Below, piece by piece: positions 36,560 to 48,298 of a DNA stretch of 64,000 nt. How positions within the stretch are numbered: position 1 is the stretch's first letter; the number at the start of each line of letters is the position of its first letter. The DNA comes from Mobula hypostoma. Taxonomy: Eukaryota. A program made the translations under genes and the position numbers. The notes under the pieces are model-generated. The model was not told the origin of the DNA. It saw only the letters and a program-made list of their open reading frames with translations, and ran no database searches. The stretch covers positions 11,036,001 through 11,100,000 of the forward strand of contig NC_086097.1 in assembly GCF_963921235.1 (NCBI RefSeq), in the 5' to 3' direction.

Positions 36560-37260
36560 TTGTTTGATCATGACCAGACACTTCCTGACACTGTATTCCA
36601 CCTGCCATTTCTTTGCCCATTCTCCTCATCTATCTATACTGTCCGGGACTCTCGTTCTTGTCAACAGAACCTCCTGTCCGTTCCCCTATCTAACATGTCC
36701 CCTTTCACTCCAGCATGTCTCTTCTTCCCCCTTCCTGTATGAGTCACAGAGACAGACTCAGCGCTGGAGACCCAACCACATGTAGATTATCACCGCGATA
36801 GTATCCATAGTGATGGACCTGTTGTTGAGGGGATGTCCACGGGGGTATTCTGTATTGGCTTCTAGGCCCCTTTCTCCTCTGTGACTGTCACGAAGTTTCC
36901 TGTGTCCTGCACCTTGGGTGTAACTACCTCTTTATATGTCCTATCTATCAGCCCTTTCAGCCTCCTGAATGACACAAAGTTCATGCAGTTCCAGCTCCAA
37001 CTCCTTAACGCAGTTTGTTAGAAGCTGCAGCTGGATACACTTCTTGTAGTTGTAGTGGTCAGGGACATTGGGGTCTCCCTGCCTTCCCACATCTCGCAAG
37101 AGGAGCATTGCCCTATCCTGCCGGTTGTCTCTACCTAGCTAAGCAGGTATAAAGATGAGAAAGGAAAAAACTTGAGCTTTGCTTTCTCTGAGTGAAGCTT
37201 CTCTTTGCTGAAGCCTCAAAGTTATACCCCGAGCTCTAATAGTGTTGTGCTACCTAATCA
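36560..37260 (-). mobile_element. CR1 5' part (ORF1 Zn finger/coiled coil/esterase start), decayed
   Basis: Minus strand CSSCEMWE..KKCIQLQLL..KELELEL and RGTDRRFC. Confidence 0.75.
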
Positions 37261-37269
37261 TTGATCAGG

Positions 37270-37990
37270 GTAGCTGGACTTGTGTCATTGATGTAGCAGG
37301 ACGAGGTGTCGAAGGAGCTGGCCATCTTTTTGGAGAAGGAGCCAGCTGGCCTGTCAGAGGAGCCAGCCAGGATGTTGGAGGAGCTGGACTGGGTTCTGAG
37401 CAGCTGACCTAGGTGCAGATCATGTCGTTGCCTGCTACTCAAAGGCATCAGAGTATGTGCACGAAGGTGGAATGCAGTGTGACCATGCATGATTGTTTAG
37501 CACTTTTCTCTTGCAATCGCAAGACTCTGTTGGACATTGATAACGTAAGATGCTGCAGGCCAGTTTCCCATGTTCGGTGGTGGGACAGACAATGTGGGAA
37601 CTGTGTAACCTCAGCTGTAGCAAGGACTAGGCCTCAAGCCGCAGGCTCGCCTGCTGCTGCAGTCAAGATGAGGAGATGCCAGAGGTGTAGCACGGCATCC
37701 ATGCTCAACTAAGGGCTGGCTTCTCCTGTAGGTGCTGCCCTCCTATGTGCAATTGGTGGAATAACAGACTGGATTAAGTGCATCTGCGCACTGCCAGAAG
37801 ACTATACCATCAACTTGTGGGACGTGTTTCTCGGAGTTTTGGACTATATATGTTCTTTTTTTGTCTGAATATGGTTTTTTTTTGCTCGCTATTTTGAATT
37901 TGCTGTGTTTGTTTTGCAACTTTGCCCCAGAGAAATGCTCTTTTGTTTGGCTTTATCTATTAATTAAACTTGATCTGATTTAATTTGATT
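37270..37990 (+). mobile_element. Internally deleted Rex1/L2-group derivative (5' region fused to 3' UTR)
   Basis: Decayed RRC.R/EN-start-like sequence at ~37670-37790 runs directly into a T-rich 3' UTR ending TAAACTTGATCTGA. Confidence 0.45.
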
Positions 37991-37994
37991 TTGA

Positions 37995-38310
37995 TTTGCG
38001 ATAGGATAATTGCAAGCAGGCTTTTTCCGCTGAGGTTTGGTGTGAATAGAAATAGAGGTCATGGGTTTAGGATGAAAGGTGAAATATTTAAAGGGAAGCT
38101 GAGGGGGAACTTCTTCACTCAGAGGGTGGTGAGAGTATATAACGAGCTGCCAGTAGAAGTGGTGGGTGCAGGCTTGATTTCAACATTTAAGGGAAGTTTG
38201 GATAGATGTATGAGAGGGCATGGAGGGTTATGGTACAGGTATGGGTAGATACGCTTAGGCAGCAAAATGAGTCAGCGTAGACTAGATGGGCCAAAGGTCT
38301 GATTCTTTGC
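37995..38310 (+). mobile_element. CR1 3' end
   Basis: NRGHGF..NFFTQRVVRVYNELP. Confidence 0.85.
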
Positions 38311-38404
38311 AAAAAAAGGCATAGTGAAGGATGCATGGACAGAGAGATTTCTGAGCTCTCAGGTTGTCCTGAATATATTTTTCTTGCAAATATTTGAGTC
38401 AAGT

Positions 38405-39380
38405 AAGATGTTCTCCTCAAGGGTTGTCTATTTGTGGGTCTTTAAGTGGCTGTAGAGGCTGATCCACAATCCACATATTCTGGTGAAGAACAGACATGAG
38501 TAAGTGGTGCCTGTGGTCAGTGGTTGGGTCTTTCTGTTGTTCATTTTCTCCTTTTGCAGCTGCCACTTGTTCTCTGTGACACAGCGGAGGTCGTTCTCAT
38601 GCTTTGCAGCTCCCCCTAGAATGGATTTCCTCCAGGTTCATCTATTGAATGCAATGCCTTCCCAGTTTTTAGATGTAATCTTGTATTTCTTCAGGCTAAT
38701 TTCGATGTTACCTTTGAAGTGGTTCTTTTGCTCATCAGAGGCTCACTGACTTTCAGAGTAAAGGATCTGTCTGGGGAGAAGTGAGTTAAGTATCTGAATG
38801 ACAGTTCCTATCCATCGGAGTTAGTGTTGCTTTATCCTGGTGGAGATGCTGTTCATGTTGGCCTTCTCCAGTACGCTGGTGTTAGAGCTTCTGTCCATCC
38901 AACCGATCCTGAAAATCTTTCTTAAACATAAGAACATAAGAAATATCTTACGAGGGGTGATTGATAGGTTTGTGGCCTAAGGTAGAAGGAGATGAGTTAT
39001 TAACTTCAAACTTTCTGCATAATCACTCAAAGAGTTGACGTGCATGTGCATGTAACAAGAGCTGTATAACTCGTCTCCTTCTACCATAGGCCACAAACTT
39101 ATCAATCACCTGTCTGCGGACACTTTCTGAAGGTCCAAGATCTGTATGCTCCACAAGTGCTGGACTAAGTGTGTAAATATAGGAAGGGACTATGTTGAAA
39201 AATAAATGTGCTAGGTTTTCTAAAAATGACTCCTTCTATCTTAGGCCACAAACATATCAATCACCCCTCATATGAAACATAAAGAAACATAAAAATCTTT
39301 GATAGCATTTTCCGGGCTTTCAGGTATCTGTTGTGGGTAGACCATGATTCAGCTCCATACAGTAATGTAGGAAGTGTTTC
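38405..39380 (-). mobile_element. Old RTE LINE 3' fragment interrupted by a mariner MITE
   Basis: Minus strand PTLLYGAESWS and RKIFRIGWMD..NTSVLEKAN..SIST. Confidence 0.6.
38951..39270 (+). mobile_element. mariner-family MITE with three TIR copies
   Basis: TA TSD; TIR CGAGGGGTGATTGATA.GTTTGTGGCCTAAG.TAGAAGGAG; internal TIR 39066-39110; transposase tail WTKCVNIGRDYVEK*. Confidence 0.88.
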
Positions 39381-40014
39381 CTGAATGTGTTCCCGCAATC
39401 TAACTGATTCTGTATATATTACAAATGCTATACGAACATAGGAAGAACAGATCAGTCAACTGGTCAAGGCCATTTCCTTGTTCATTGGAATCAAGTCCTA
39501 TTGTCAAGTCAAATCATTGGAATACATTTTGTTAATGAATTTCTATCAGCATTAAGTTTAAAATTAATTACCTTTAACCATCATTAAGAAAATTAATAAT
39601 CATCTAAACATTGCCATTCATAGAAGAAGGGTGCAAACTTCAAACAACCTTTGCATATAGAACCATTTATTAATTCATTCCTGTTAGCCCTGGTTCTACT
39701 GTTAGACTGTCTGTGAACCTTGAGAACCCTAATGGATATAAGATAAATGAACTTCTGCCTACCTACCCAATCAGGTATTCTTAAAGTCCTGGAAATAAAG
39801 TCCTTTTTGTCTTTTCCCAATGTTCAATGTCTTGGATTCCCTATAGTTATAAACACGAGAAGGTTTGCAGATGCTGGAAATCCAAAGTAACACACAGTGC
39901 TGGAGGAACTCACCAGGTCAAAGAATTTCCAAAGTTGACATTTGGGCTGAGACCCTTCTTCAGGACCCTATAATTTATAACCCCTGGATTTTAGCCTGAT
40001 AAGAACACACATGT

Positions 40015-40390
40015 GGTGGGGTGGAGATACAGTATATCTCTACCGAGGGAGGTGTAAGGTGCTCCTTCTCCCCCACTAGCCCACAAGTCACCCGCTTAAC
40101 CCTCTCATCCCTCCCTGATCAGGGTCACATGAAGCCATGAGAGCAGGTGGTGGATGGTCGTATGAGCAGCTGGTGCTTGCCAGAAGTCCTGGTTGATTGA
40201 TCACTAATGCCAGGCAGACAATATCTGAGGAGAATTGATAATGGCTGGGCTCACCTGTCTTGTAAAGACACTGCCCAGAAGAAGGCAATGGCAAACCACC
40301 TGGGTAGAAAAATTTGCCAAGAATGATCATGGTCATGGAAAGACTATGCTTGTCCACGTCATACAACGTGGCACCTAATGATGATGATCT
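40015..40390 (+). mobile_element. RTE-related SINE (family S2)
   Basis: GAAGGCAATGGCAAACCAC (Bov-A/RTE UTR-like motif); tail GGCACCTAATGATGATGA. Confidence 0.8.
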
Positions 40391-40409
40391 TGGCCTTGAA
40401 CTCTTGTTA

Positions 40410-40792
40410 CTTCTCAGAAAGGACAGGGAGGGAGGCAAAAGAGGTAGGGGCATGGCATTGTTGATCAGAGATAGTGTCACGGCTGCAGAAAAGGAGAAAG
40501 ATATGGAGGTATTGTCTACAGAGTCTCTGGGTGGAAGTTAGAAACAGGAAGGGATCAATAACTCTACTGGGTGTTTTTTAAAGACCACCCAATAATAACA
40601 GGGACATCGAGGTGCAAATAGGGAGACATATTCTGGAAAAGTGTAATAATAACAGGGTTGTCATGGTAGAAGATTTTAATTTCCCAAATATCCATTGGCG
40701 TGTCCCTAGGGCGAAGGGATTAGATGGGGTGGAGTTTGTTAGGTGTATTCAAGAAGGTTTCGTGACACAATATGTAGATACACCTACAAGAG
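40410..40792 (+). mobile_element. CR1 endonuclease fragment
   Basis: RKDREGGKRG, RPP, EDFNFP; homologous to 15000-15340. Confidence 0.85.
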
Positions 40793-41323
40793 GAGATGGG
40801 GTACGAGGGGGAGGTGGGGCATTGGCGGAAGTTAGAGAAGTCAATGTTCATGCCATCAGGTTGGAGGCTACCCAGACAGAATATAAGGTGTTGTTACTCC
40901 AACCTGAGTGTGGTTTACAGTAGAGGAGGCAGTGGACCCCACCTCCCCCTCGTACCCCATCCGTTAATTATTTATATGCATACATTCTTTCTCTCTCTCT
41001 CCTTTTTCTCCCTCTGTCCCTCTCACTATACCCCTTTCCCATCCTCTGGGTTTTTCCCCCCTCCCCCTTTTCTTTCTCCCTGGGCCTCCTAACCCATGAT
41101 CCTCTCATATCCCTTTTGCCAATCACCTGTCCAGCTCTTGGCTCCATCCCTCCCCCTCCTGTCTTCTCCTATCATTTCGGATCTCCCCCTCCCCCTCCCA
41201 CTTTCAAGTCTCTTACTAGCTTTTCCTTCAGTTAGTCCTGACGAAGGGTCTCGGCCCGAAACGTCGACTGTACCTCTTCCTAGAGATGCTGCCTGGCCTG
41301 CTGCGTTCACCAGCAATTTTGAT
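40793..41323 (+). mobile_element. Neptune-type Penelope-like element: short inverted piece (40793-40935) + 3' end with intact hammerhead
   Basis: Homology to 52520-53510; hammerhead 41231-41269. Confidence 0.88.
41231..41269 (+). ncRNA. Minimal type-I hammerhead ribozyme motif
   Basis: Stem I AGUC/GACU; CUGACGA 41238-41244; stem II GGGU-CUCG-GCCC; GAAA 41258-41261; palindromic stem III ACGU; GUC cleavage triplet ending 41265. Confidence 0.8.
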
Positions 41324-41324
41324 G

Positions 41325-42210
41325 AGATCTCAAAATGGAGTTAGACCAAAGCATCGTTATCGCTTCAGCAATCTCTTTCAGGATTCTGGGATGTAGTCCG
41401 ACTGGTCCAGGTGACTTATCCAGCTTAAGATCTTTGAGTTAACTGTCACTTTTTCCAATTTCACTCATTCCAGCTCTCGGACACTGATGACACACTGCTG
41501 GTGTCTTCCATGCTGAAGACAGATGCAAAGTACCCATTAAGTTCATCTTTATCCCCCATTACTACCTCACCAGCATCATTTTCCAGTGGTTCAACATCAA
41601 CTCCCACCTCTCCTTTACTCTTTATATAACTGAAAAATCTTTTGGTGTCCTGCTTCATTTTATTGGCTAGTGTGCCCTCATATTTTATCTTTTCCTTTCT
41701 TATTATTTTTTCAGTTGCCTTTTGTTGAATTTTTAAAACTTCCCAATCATCCAACTTCCCACTCACTTTTACTACCTTATATGCCCTTTCCTTGGTTTTT
41801 ATGCCATCCTTAACTTCTCTTGCCAGCCATGGTTGCCTGCCCCTGCCATTTGAGAACTTCTTCCTCTGTGGACATATCTGTTCTGCTCTTTATGAACTAT
41901 TCCCAGAAACTCCGGCCAGCTCTGCTCTGCTGTCACACTCGGCAGTGTCCTTCTCTAATCCACTTGGACAAGTTCCTCTGTCATGCCTCTGTAATTCCCT
42001 TTATTCCATTCTAACACTGATTGATGTGAGTTATGCTTCTCCCTCTCACACTGCAGTGTGAATTCAATCATATCATGAACACTGCCTCCTAAACATTCCT
42101 TCTGAGTAAGCTCCCTAATAAGATCTGGGTAATTACACAACACCAATCTAAGATAGCCTTTCCCTACGTAGGCTCATGCACAGGCTGCTCTAAAAAGCCA
42201 TCTTGTAGGT
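41325..42210 (-). mobile_element. CR1 ORF2 mid fragment (EN end to RT start)
   Basis: Minus strand LGGSVHDMIEF, FFSYIKSK, ELNGYFASVF, KSPGP. Confidence 0.85.
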
Positions 42211-42613
42211 TCCTCCCCTTCTTACTCTATCCCTTATTTATTTATTTACTATTTTTTATTTTTTCCCCTTTTTTCTCTCCCTCTGTCCCTCTCACTATAA
42301 CTCCTTGCTTGATCTCCATCTTCGTCTGGGCTCCCCTCCCCCTTTCTTTCCCCCTTGGCCTCCCGTCCCATGATCCTCTCCCTTCTACAGCACTGTATCC
42401 CTTTTGCCAATCACCTGTCCAGCTCTTAGCTCCATCCCTCCCCCTCCTGTCTTCTCCTATCATTTCGGATCTCCCCCTCCCCCTCCCACTTTCAAGTCTC
42501 TTACTAGCTTTTCCTTCAGTTAGTCCTGACGAAGGGTCTCGGCCCGAAACGTCGACTGTACCTAGAGATGCTGCCTGGCCTGCTGTGTTCACCAACAACT
42601 TTGATGTGTGTTG
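42211..42613 (+). mobile_element. Neptune-type Penelope-like 3' end with intact hammerhead (42519-42557)
   Basis: CTGACGA 42526-42532, GAAACGTC 42546-42553. Confidence 0.88.
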
Positions 42614-43124
42614 GGGGAGAGATGAACCTCAGGTTTCACCTAGCACCCGGTGTTTCTCTCTCCCCTCCCCCACCTTTTAAATCTACTCCTCTGTATTTTT
42701 CGCCAGTCCTGCCGAAGGCTCTGGGCTCAAAATGTTGACTGTACTCTTTTCCATAGATGTTGCCCGGCCTGCTGAGTTCCTCCAGCATTTTGTGTGTGTT
42801 GCTTGGATTTCCAGCATCTGCAGATTTTCTTTCATTTGTGAGCATAATCAAAGGCCCACCCACCTGGGTACTCTCTCTTCTCCCATCTCCCACTGGGCAG
42901 AAGATCCAAAATCCTGAAAACATCTATGATCAGGCTCAAAGACAGCGTCTATCCTGCTGTTTTACGACGAGTGAACCATTTCCTATTATGTCAAAATGGA
43001 CTCTTAACCTCACAATCTATCTCGTTATGATCTTGCACCTTACTGCTTACCTGCAGTGCACTTTCTCTGTAGCTGTTACACTTCACTCTGCATTGTTTTA
43101 CGTTGCATGGCCTCAATGTCCTAT

Positions 43125-43640
43125 GAGGTGGAGATATGCCTCTGCCAAAGAAGGTGTAAGACGCTCTTTCCCTCCACTAGCCTGCAGGTCACTCTCGGGC
43201 AAGGCGTAGCACCAGCTTAATGTCCCCCCCCCCACCCCACCAATCAGGGTCATGTGAAACCACGGGAGCAGGTGGTGGATGCTCATATGAGTAGCTGCTG
43301 TCTCACCACAAGTCCTGGTTATGCGACCACTGACACCAGGCAGACAATCTGCGAAGAGTATTGATAATGGCTGGGATCACCTGTCTTGTAAACACACTGC
43401 CCAGAAGAAGGCAATAGCAAACCATTTCTGTCGAGAAATTTGCCAAGAACAATCATGGTCATGGAAAGACCATGATCATCTATGTCAAGGAATCATAAAA
43501 ATCTACAGCATATTACAGGCTCTTTGGCCCACAATGTTGTGCCAACCATATAACCTACTCTAGAAACAGCCTCGATTACCCTACCGCATAGTCCTCTATT
43601 TTTCTAAGCTTCATTACGACATGGCACATCATGATGGTGT
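43125..43640 (+). mobile_element. Family S2 SINE interrupted by a CR1 tail (43490-43610, -)
   Basis: Homology to 40015-40390; tail GACATGGCACATCATGATG resumes at ~43615. Confidence 0.78.
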
Positions 43641-44034
43641 ATGATTTGATTTGTAAGAGAAGTATGGAAGACAAGTATCACTGTATCTCAGTACATGTGA
43701 CAAAAACAAACCAATCCCAATTCCAATCAACTCAGTTATTCTTAGGAAGAAGGGTACAAGATATCTAACATAGAAGTCATTCTTCATATGTCAGTTTCCT
43801 GGATTTTCAGACTTCATCATCTCTCCTTAATATCTCATTTAAAGCTTATGTGAAACCACAGTGGAGTAAAGTAACATCTGACCGATCAAAAATGACAAGT
43901 TCTAGATTCACTTTCTAGTGATCTCATTTATTGATTACGTGACAGAAAATAAACACCATTACTTTGTTGATGACTCCTCGATGGGTCCTTTAAATTTGTC
44001 ACGCTGCACAGGTCAAAGCATAACTCCTGTTATA

Positions 44035-44865
44035 GAAGTCATAGAGTCATGAAGCACTAGGTATAGAAACAGGCCTTTAAGCTCAGGTAGTCCATGCTGA
44101 ACTATTATTCTGCCAACACGCGGAAATCTGCAGATGCTGGAATTTGAAATGACACATACAAAAGTTGCAGGTGAATGCAGCAGGCCAGGCAGCATCTCCA
44201 GGAAGAGGTGCAGTCAACGTTTCGTCTGGGTAGCCTCCAACCTGATGGCATGAACATTGACTTCTCTAACTTCCGCTAATGCCCCACCTCCTCCTTGTAC
44301 CCCATCCGTTATTTATTTATATGCACACATTCTTTTTCTCTCTCTCCTTTTTCTCCCTCTGTCCCTCTGACTATACCCCTTGCCCATCCTCTGGGATTTC
44401 CCCCCCCTCCCCCTTTTCCTTCTCCCTGGGCCTCCTGTCCCATGATCCTCTCACATCCCTTTTGCCAATCACCTGTCCAGCTCTTGGCTCCATCCCTCCC
44501 CCTCCTGTCTTCTCCCATCATTTCGGATCTCTCCCTCCCCCTTCCCACTTCCAAATCTCTTACTAGCTCTTCCTTCAGTTAGTCCTGACGAAGGGTCTCG
44601 GCCGGAAACATCAACTGTACCTCCTCCTAGAGATGCTGCCTGGCCTGCTGCGTTCACCAGCAACTTTTGTGTGTGTTGCTATTATTCTGCCAATTCGCAT
44701 CTACCCACACCTTCACCGCATCCCTTCATACCCCTCCCATCCATGTACTTATCCAAATTTCTCCTAAATATTGAACTCGAATCTGCATCCACCATTTCCA
44801 TTGGCAGGTCATTCCACAGTCTCACCACTTTCTGAGTGAAGAAGTTCCCCCTCATGTTCCCCTTA
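44035..44865 (-). mobile_element. CR1 3' end hosting a Penelope-like insertion
   Basis: ORF 44682-44912 NFFTQKVVRLWNDLP; UTR resumes left of the TSD. Confidence 0.8.
44117..44678 (+). mobile_element. Neptune-type Penelope-like insertion (inverted 3' end 44117-44225 + forward 3' part)
   Basis: 15-bp TSD CTATTATTCTGCCAA (44102-44116, 44679-44693); RLGSLQPDGMNIDFSNFR*. Confidence 0.9.
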
Positions 44866-45719
44866 AGTTGTGTTCTGGTAGGACTGAATCCATCATTGCA
44901 ACAAATCTCCATTCATCACTGAGAGGAGCAAAGAACTGACATCCAAGCATGCAGTATGTTTTATTATGAAGAGAGATTGATTGTGCAAAAGGATATAGCT
45001 ATTTGTATTCTGATTGCTTCCTCTGAGCCAATGAAAGTAGGTGGTACTTCAAAAAAGGAGGCAGCTGACCTATAATGTTCAAAGTACTTCAGCTTGAACT
45101 CATTAAATCTGGGCTAGATATTTACAAAACCAGCTTGGAAAAAATACAGGGTAAATTCAGAAACGGGGTAAGTCCATGAAGACGAAAAGAACTCACTTTG
45201 CAGTGTGATATCAACCACAGACTGCACTTGAATCCAGAGATTTGGTGTTAATATACAGATTATGGCCAATAATCACCCACAGCCTGAGTATTAATGACTA
45301 AAATGAAACTTTTATCTCAGTTCTAATTACCATTAAAACATTATCTGGGATGTACTGAGTCCATAAAAGTAGAGTTAGACCATTCAGCTCATCATTTGAG
45401 CCCCTGTTCTAAAATGTTGGCTGAATATTTCCCTTCCAGAGCTACTGCCTGATTGGCTGAGTATTTCTTACTTTTTGACTTCTACTACTATTACGGGATA
45501 TATAGGGCTGGAATTCACCTCAAATTTTGGTCCAAAGCGCAAAGCACAAAATACTGGGATCAAAATAAGCAAGGACTCCCAAGGAATGTACGGCGGTAAA
45601 GGATGGACGGCAAGACCTTGTGCTCCTGGCGACTAAGATTGACTCCATGGTATACATGGTAATAAAGCTGGTTTAAAGCCAGATAGCCAGATTTGTAGAG
45701 CCAGGTACATTACTGACTT

Positions 45720-46185
45720 AGAACTAGAAGAGCCCAGCACAGGAACAGGCCGTTTGGTCCAAAACATTGTACAAAATGAATCAAGTCGGTAACTAAATAG
45801 CCAATAAAACTAATCCCTTCTGCCTACACAATGTCCATACCCTTCCATTTTCCTCGCATTCATGTGTCAACCTAAATGACTCTTAAAAACCTCTAATGTA
45901 TTTGCCTCTACCATGATACCAGACGGTGCATCCCAGGCATCCATGACTCTCTGAGTAAAAAACTTACCCCTCACATCCCCCTTGAACCTACCCCCTCTCA
46001 CCTTCAATGCATACTCTTTGATATGAGATATTTCAACCCTGTGAGACAGATACTTTCTGTCCACTCTATCCATGCTTCTCATAATCTTATAACCCTCTAT
46101 TAGATCTCCCCTCAGTCTCCGACGCTCCAGAGAAATTAACCCAAGTTCATCCAGCATCTCATGATAGCACACGGCCTCTAAACAT
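45720..46185 (-). mobile_element. CR1 3' fragment
   Basis: ORF 45867-46172 LGLISLERRRLRGDLI..FFTQRV. Confidence 0.87.
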
Positions 46186-47544
46186 CTTTTAAGAGTTTTT
46201 TAGGTAGGCACATGAATGTGAGGAAATTAAAAGATATGGATATTGGGTAGGCAGAAAGGATTAGGTCAAAGGTCCAAAAGGTTATTTATCATCATAATAT
46301 ACAACTCCGAAATTCTCCTTCTTCAGATAACTATGAGAGACAGCTTTTTGATCACTGGTAAGATCACACTGCTACCAGGGAGTGGACACTGCCTTTTGAA
46401 TGCTGGTGGTATTGTTCACTGACGGAGAGGGGAGACTGCCTTTTAATCACTGGTAGGATCATTCACTGCCAGAGAGGGAAAGGCCTGCCACTGGGCCCGG
46501 AGAGTCTTACCCAGGTTTTTTGCATTTTGGATATGGACTTGGACTATAGACTTTTTTTCAGACTTAGAGTTTTTTATATTCGGTGCTTTTCACTCAATCT
46601 TTCTTGTTTTTTTGTGTGTGCACGGGAGGAGGATTCGGGGATCAAAATGCCTGTTCCATTCTTGTTCATTTTTTTGTGTGGAGAGAAGGGATTTGGGGGT
46701 TGATGATGGTAATGCTGTTCTTTTCTTTCTTGGTTGACCGTATAATTACTGATTTATTTGATTTGGCACAACATTGTGGGCTGAGGGGCCTGCTTCTGTG
46801 CTGTACTCTTCTATGTTCTAAATCCTGGCGCCTGCCATCCAAACGCATGGCTTCTTCCTAGTTGGTGACAGAGATACGATGGGCAGGAATGAATCACAGA
46901 CCGTCAGAGCACTGATGCTTCGGGGTTTGAAGAGACTATACAGGGATGTTCCTACATCTCTGAATTATCGCTGGCCCCTTATGACTTTGCACCTGCTTCT
47001 TTGAAAATAAATGTGTGAATAAACAACGTCATGAGATTGATTTCTGACTTACTTGCAAATCGCAAATGGTCTCATGGCATGAGATTCTTTAAATATTACA
47101 CCCTTGAGGATCGTAACTTTTCAGATAATACTATATATCACTTAATTTATAGCCCTCTAATTTGCAAGCTAGAGTCCGGGTTCTCAGTAAATTGGACAGA
47201 GAGCTACAACTATTACGATCTGATCCAGATGTGCAGAAGCCATTCAAAAGAGTCAAAGCTGCAATAGAGCCTGGAACAGGACGGGTCAGGAACAGGTCAT
47301 TTGCCCCACAAAGTTGTGCCAAACCAGCTAAAAAGCAAATCAAATACACCCAAACACCAACCCCTCCTACCTACACCATGTCCTTATCCCTCCATCTTCC
47401 TTACATCCATGTGTCTATCCAAACATCTCTTGAAAGCCTCTAACATAATTGCCTCCACCACCATACTAGACATCCACCACTTTCTGAGTAAAAAATCTTA
47501 CCCCTCACATCCCCCTATGATAGATCTGATATTAAACAAGTCTA

Positions 47545-47800
47545 GGGACAGCACTGTAGTGCAAGTGGTTAGCGTCACGCTATTAAAGCACCAGCAACTG
47601 GGGTTAAATTCCGCCACTGGCTGTGAGGAGTATGAACGTTCACTTCATGACTGCATGGGTTTCCTTTGGGAGCTCCAGTTTCCTTCCACAGTCCAAAGAC
47701 ATACAGATTAATAGGTTAATTAGTCGCACGTGTGTAATTAGGCAGCAGGGGCTCAAAGTGCCTTTTGCCGTGTTGCATCTCTAAATAAAATAAAATAAAA
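47545..47800 (+). mobile_element. HE1-like V-SINE
   Basis: tRNA-like head, V-domain GGGTTTCCTTTGGGAGCTCCAGTTTCCTTCCACAGTCCAAAGAC, (TAAAA)n tail. Confidence 0.8.
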
Positions 47801-47802
47801 CC

Positions 47803-48298
47803 TTATAGCTAGGGTGCCGAGGAGTTTTGTACAGTACTGTACCTGTCAACGTGGAGTGACGGATGAGTTTATAAATCTGGTGGGAGCAAACGGTGTTGGG
47901 AATGGCGAGGGTGGAGTGCCGTGGGAGGGTTATGGGACAGGTAGCAGAAAGGGAATGTCAGCGGTGGGGGGTGGTGCGGATGCAGACACATCCAACCCTG
48001 AGACAGCAGGGAGGTCACTTGGTTCCGAACAATTAGCTTATTGATCGTTACAGATTATTTCTCTGGTGCTTCCTGCTCCTTCCCCTCTCCCTTCTCCTTT
48101 CCCAACCATGATTTCTACTCTCAGTCCACAAGACGGACCCATATCAGAATCAGATTTATCATCTCTCACATGAATCATGACACTTTTTTGTTTTGTGACA
48201 GCAGTGCAGTGCAATACATAAAATTTCTACAGTACTATGTAAAAGTCTTAGACACTCTAGCTATACATATGTGACCGAGACTTTTACACAGTGCTGTA
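47803..48298. mobile_element. Composite Tc1-type MITE bounded by TIR mini-palindromes; second copy at 59906-60240
   Basis: TACAGTACTATGTAAAAGTCTTAGACAC..GTGACCGAGACTTTTACACAGTGCTGTA palindrome at 48228-48298; half-palindrome at 47803-47841; internal sequence shared with 59945-60240. Confidence 0.7.

Noticed and set aside
40020..40110. HDV-like ribozyme at the 5' end of the S2 SINE
   Set aside because: Hairpins exist but I could not assemble the nested double pseudoknot by eye
44875..45175. Host exon ending at GTAAGT (~45168)
   Set aside because: The frame I checked contains a stop and no recognisable protein; no supporting neighbouring exons
45490..45715. Solo LTR
   Set aside because: AATAAAG and LTR-like composition only; no TG..CA boundaries or TSD could be defined
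46840..47270. Host coding exon in unique-looking DNA
   Set aside because: All three minus frames after the candidate acceptor stop early; plus-strand ORFs run into a CR1 tail and lack motifs
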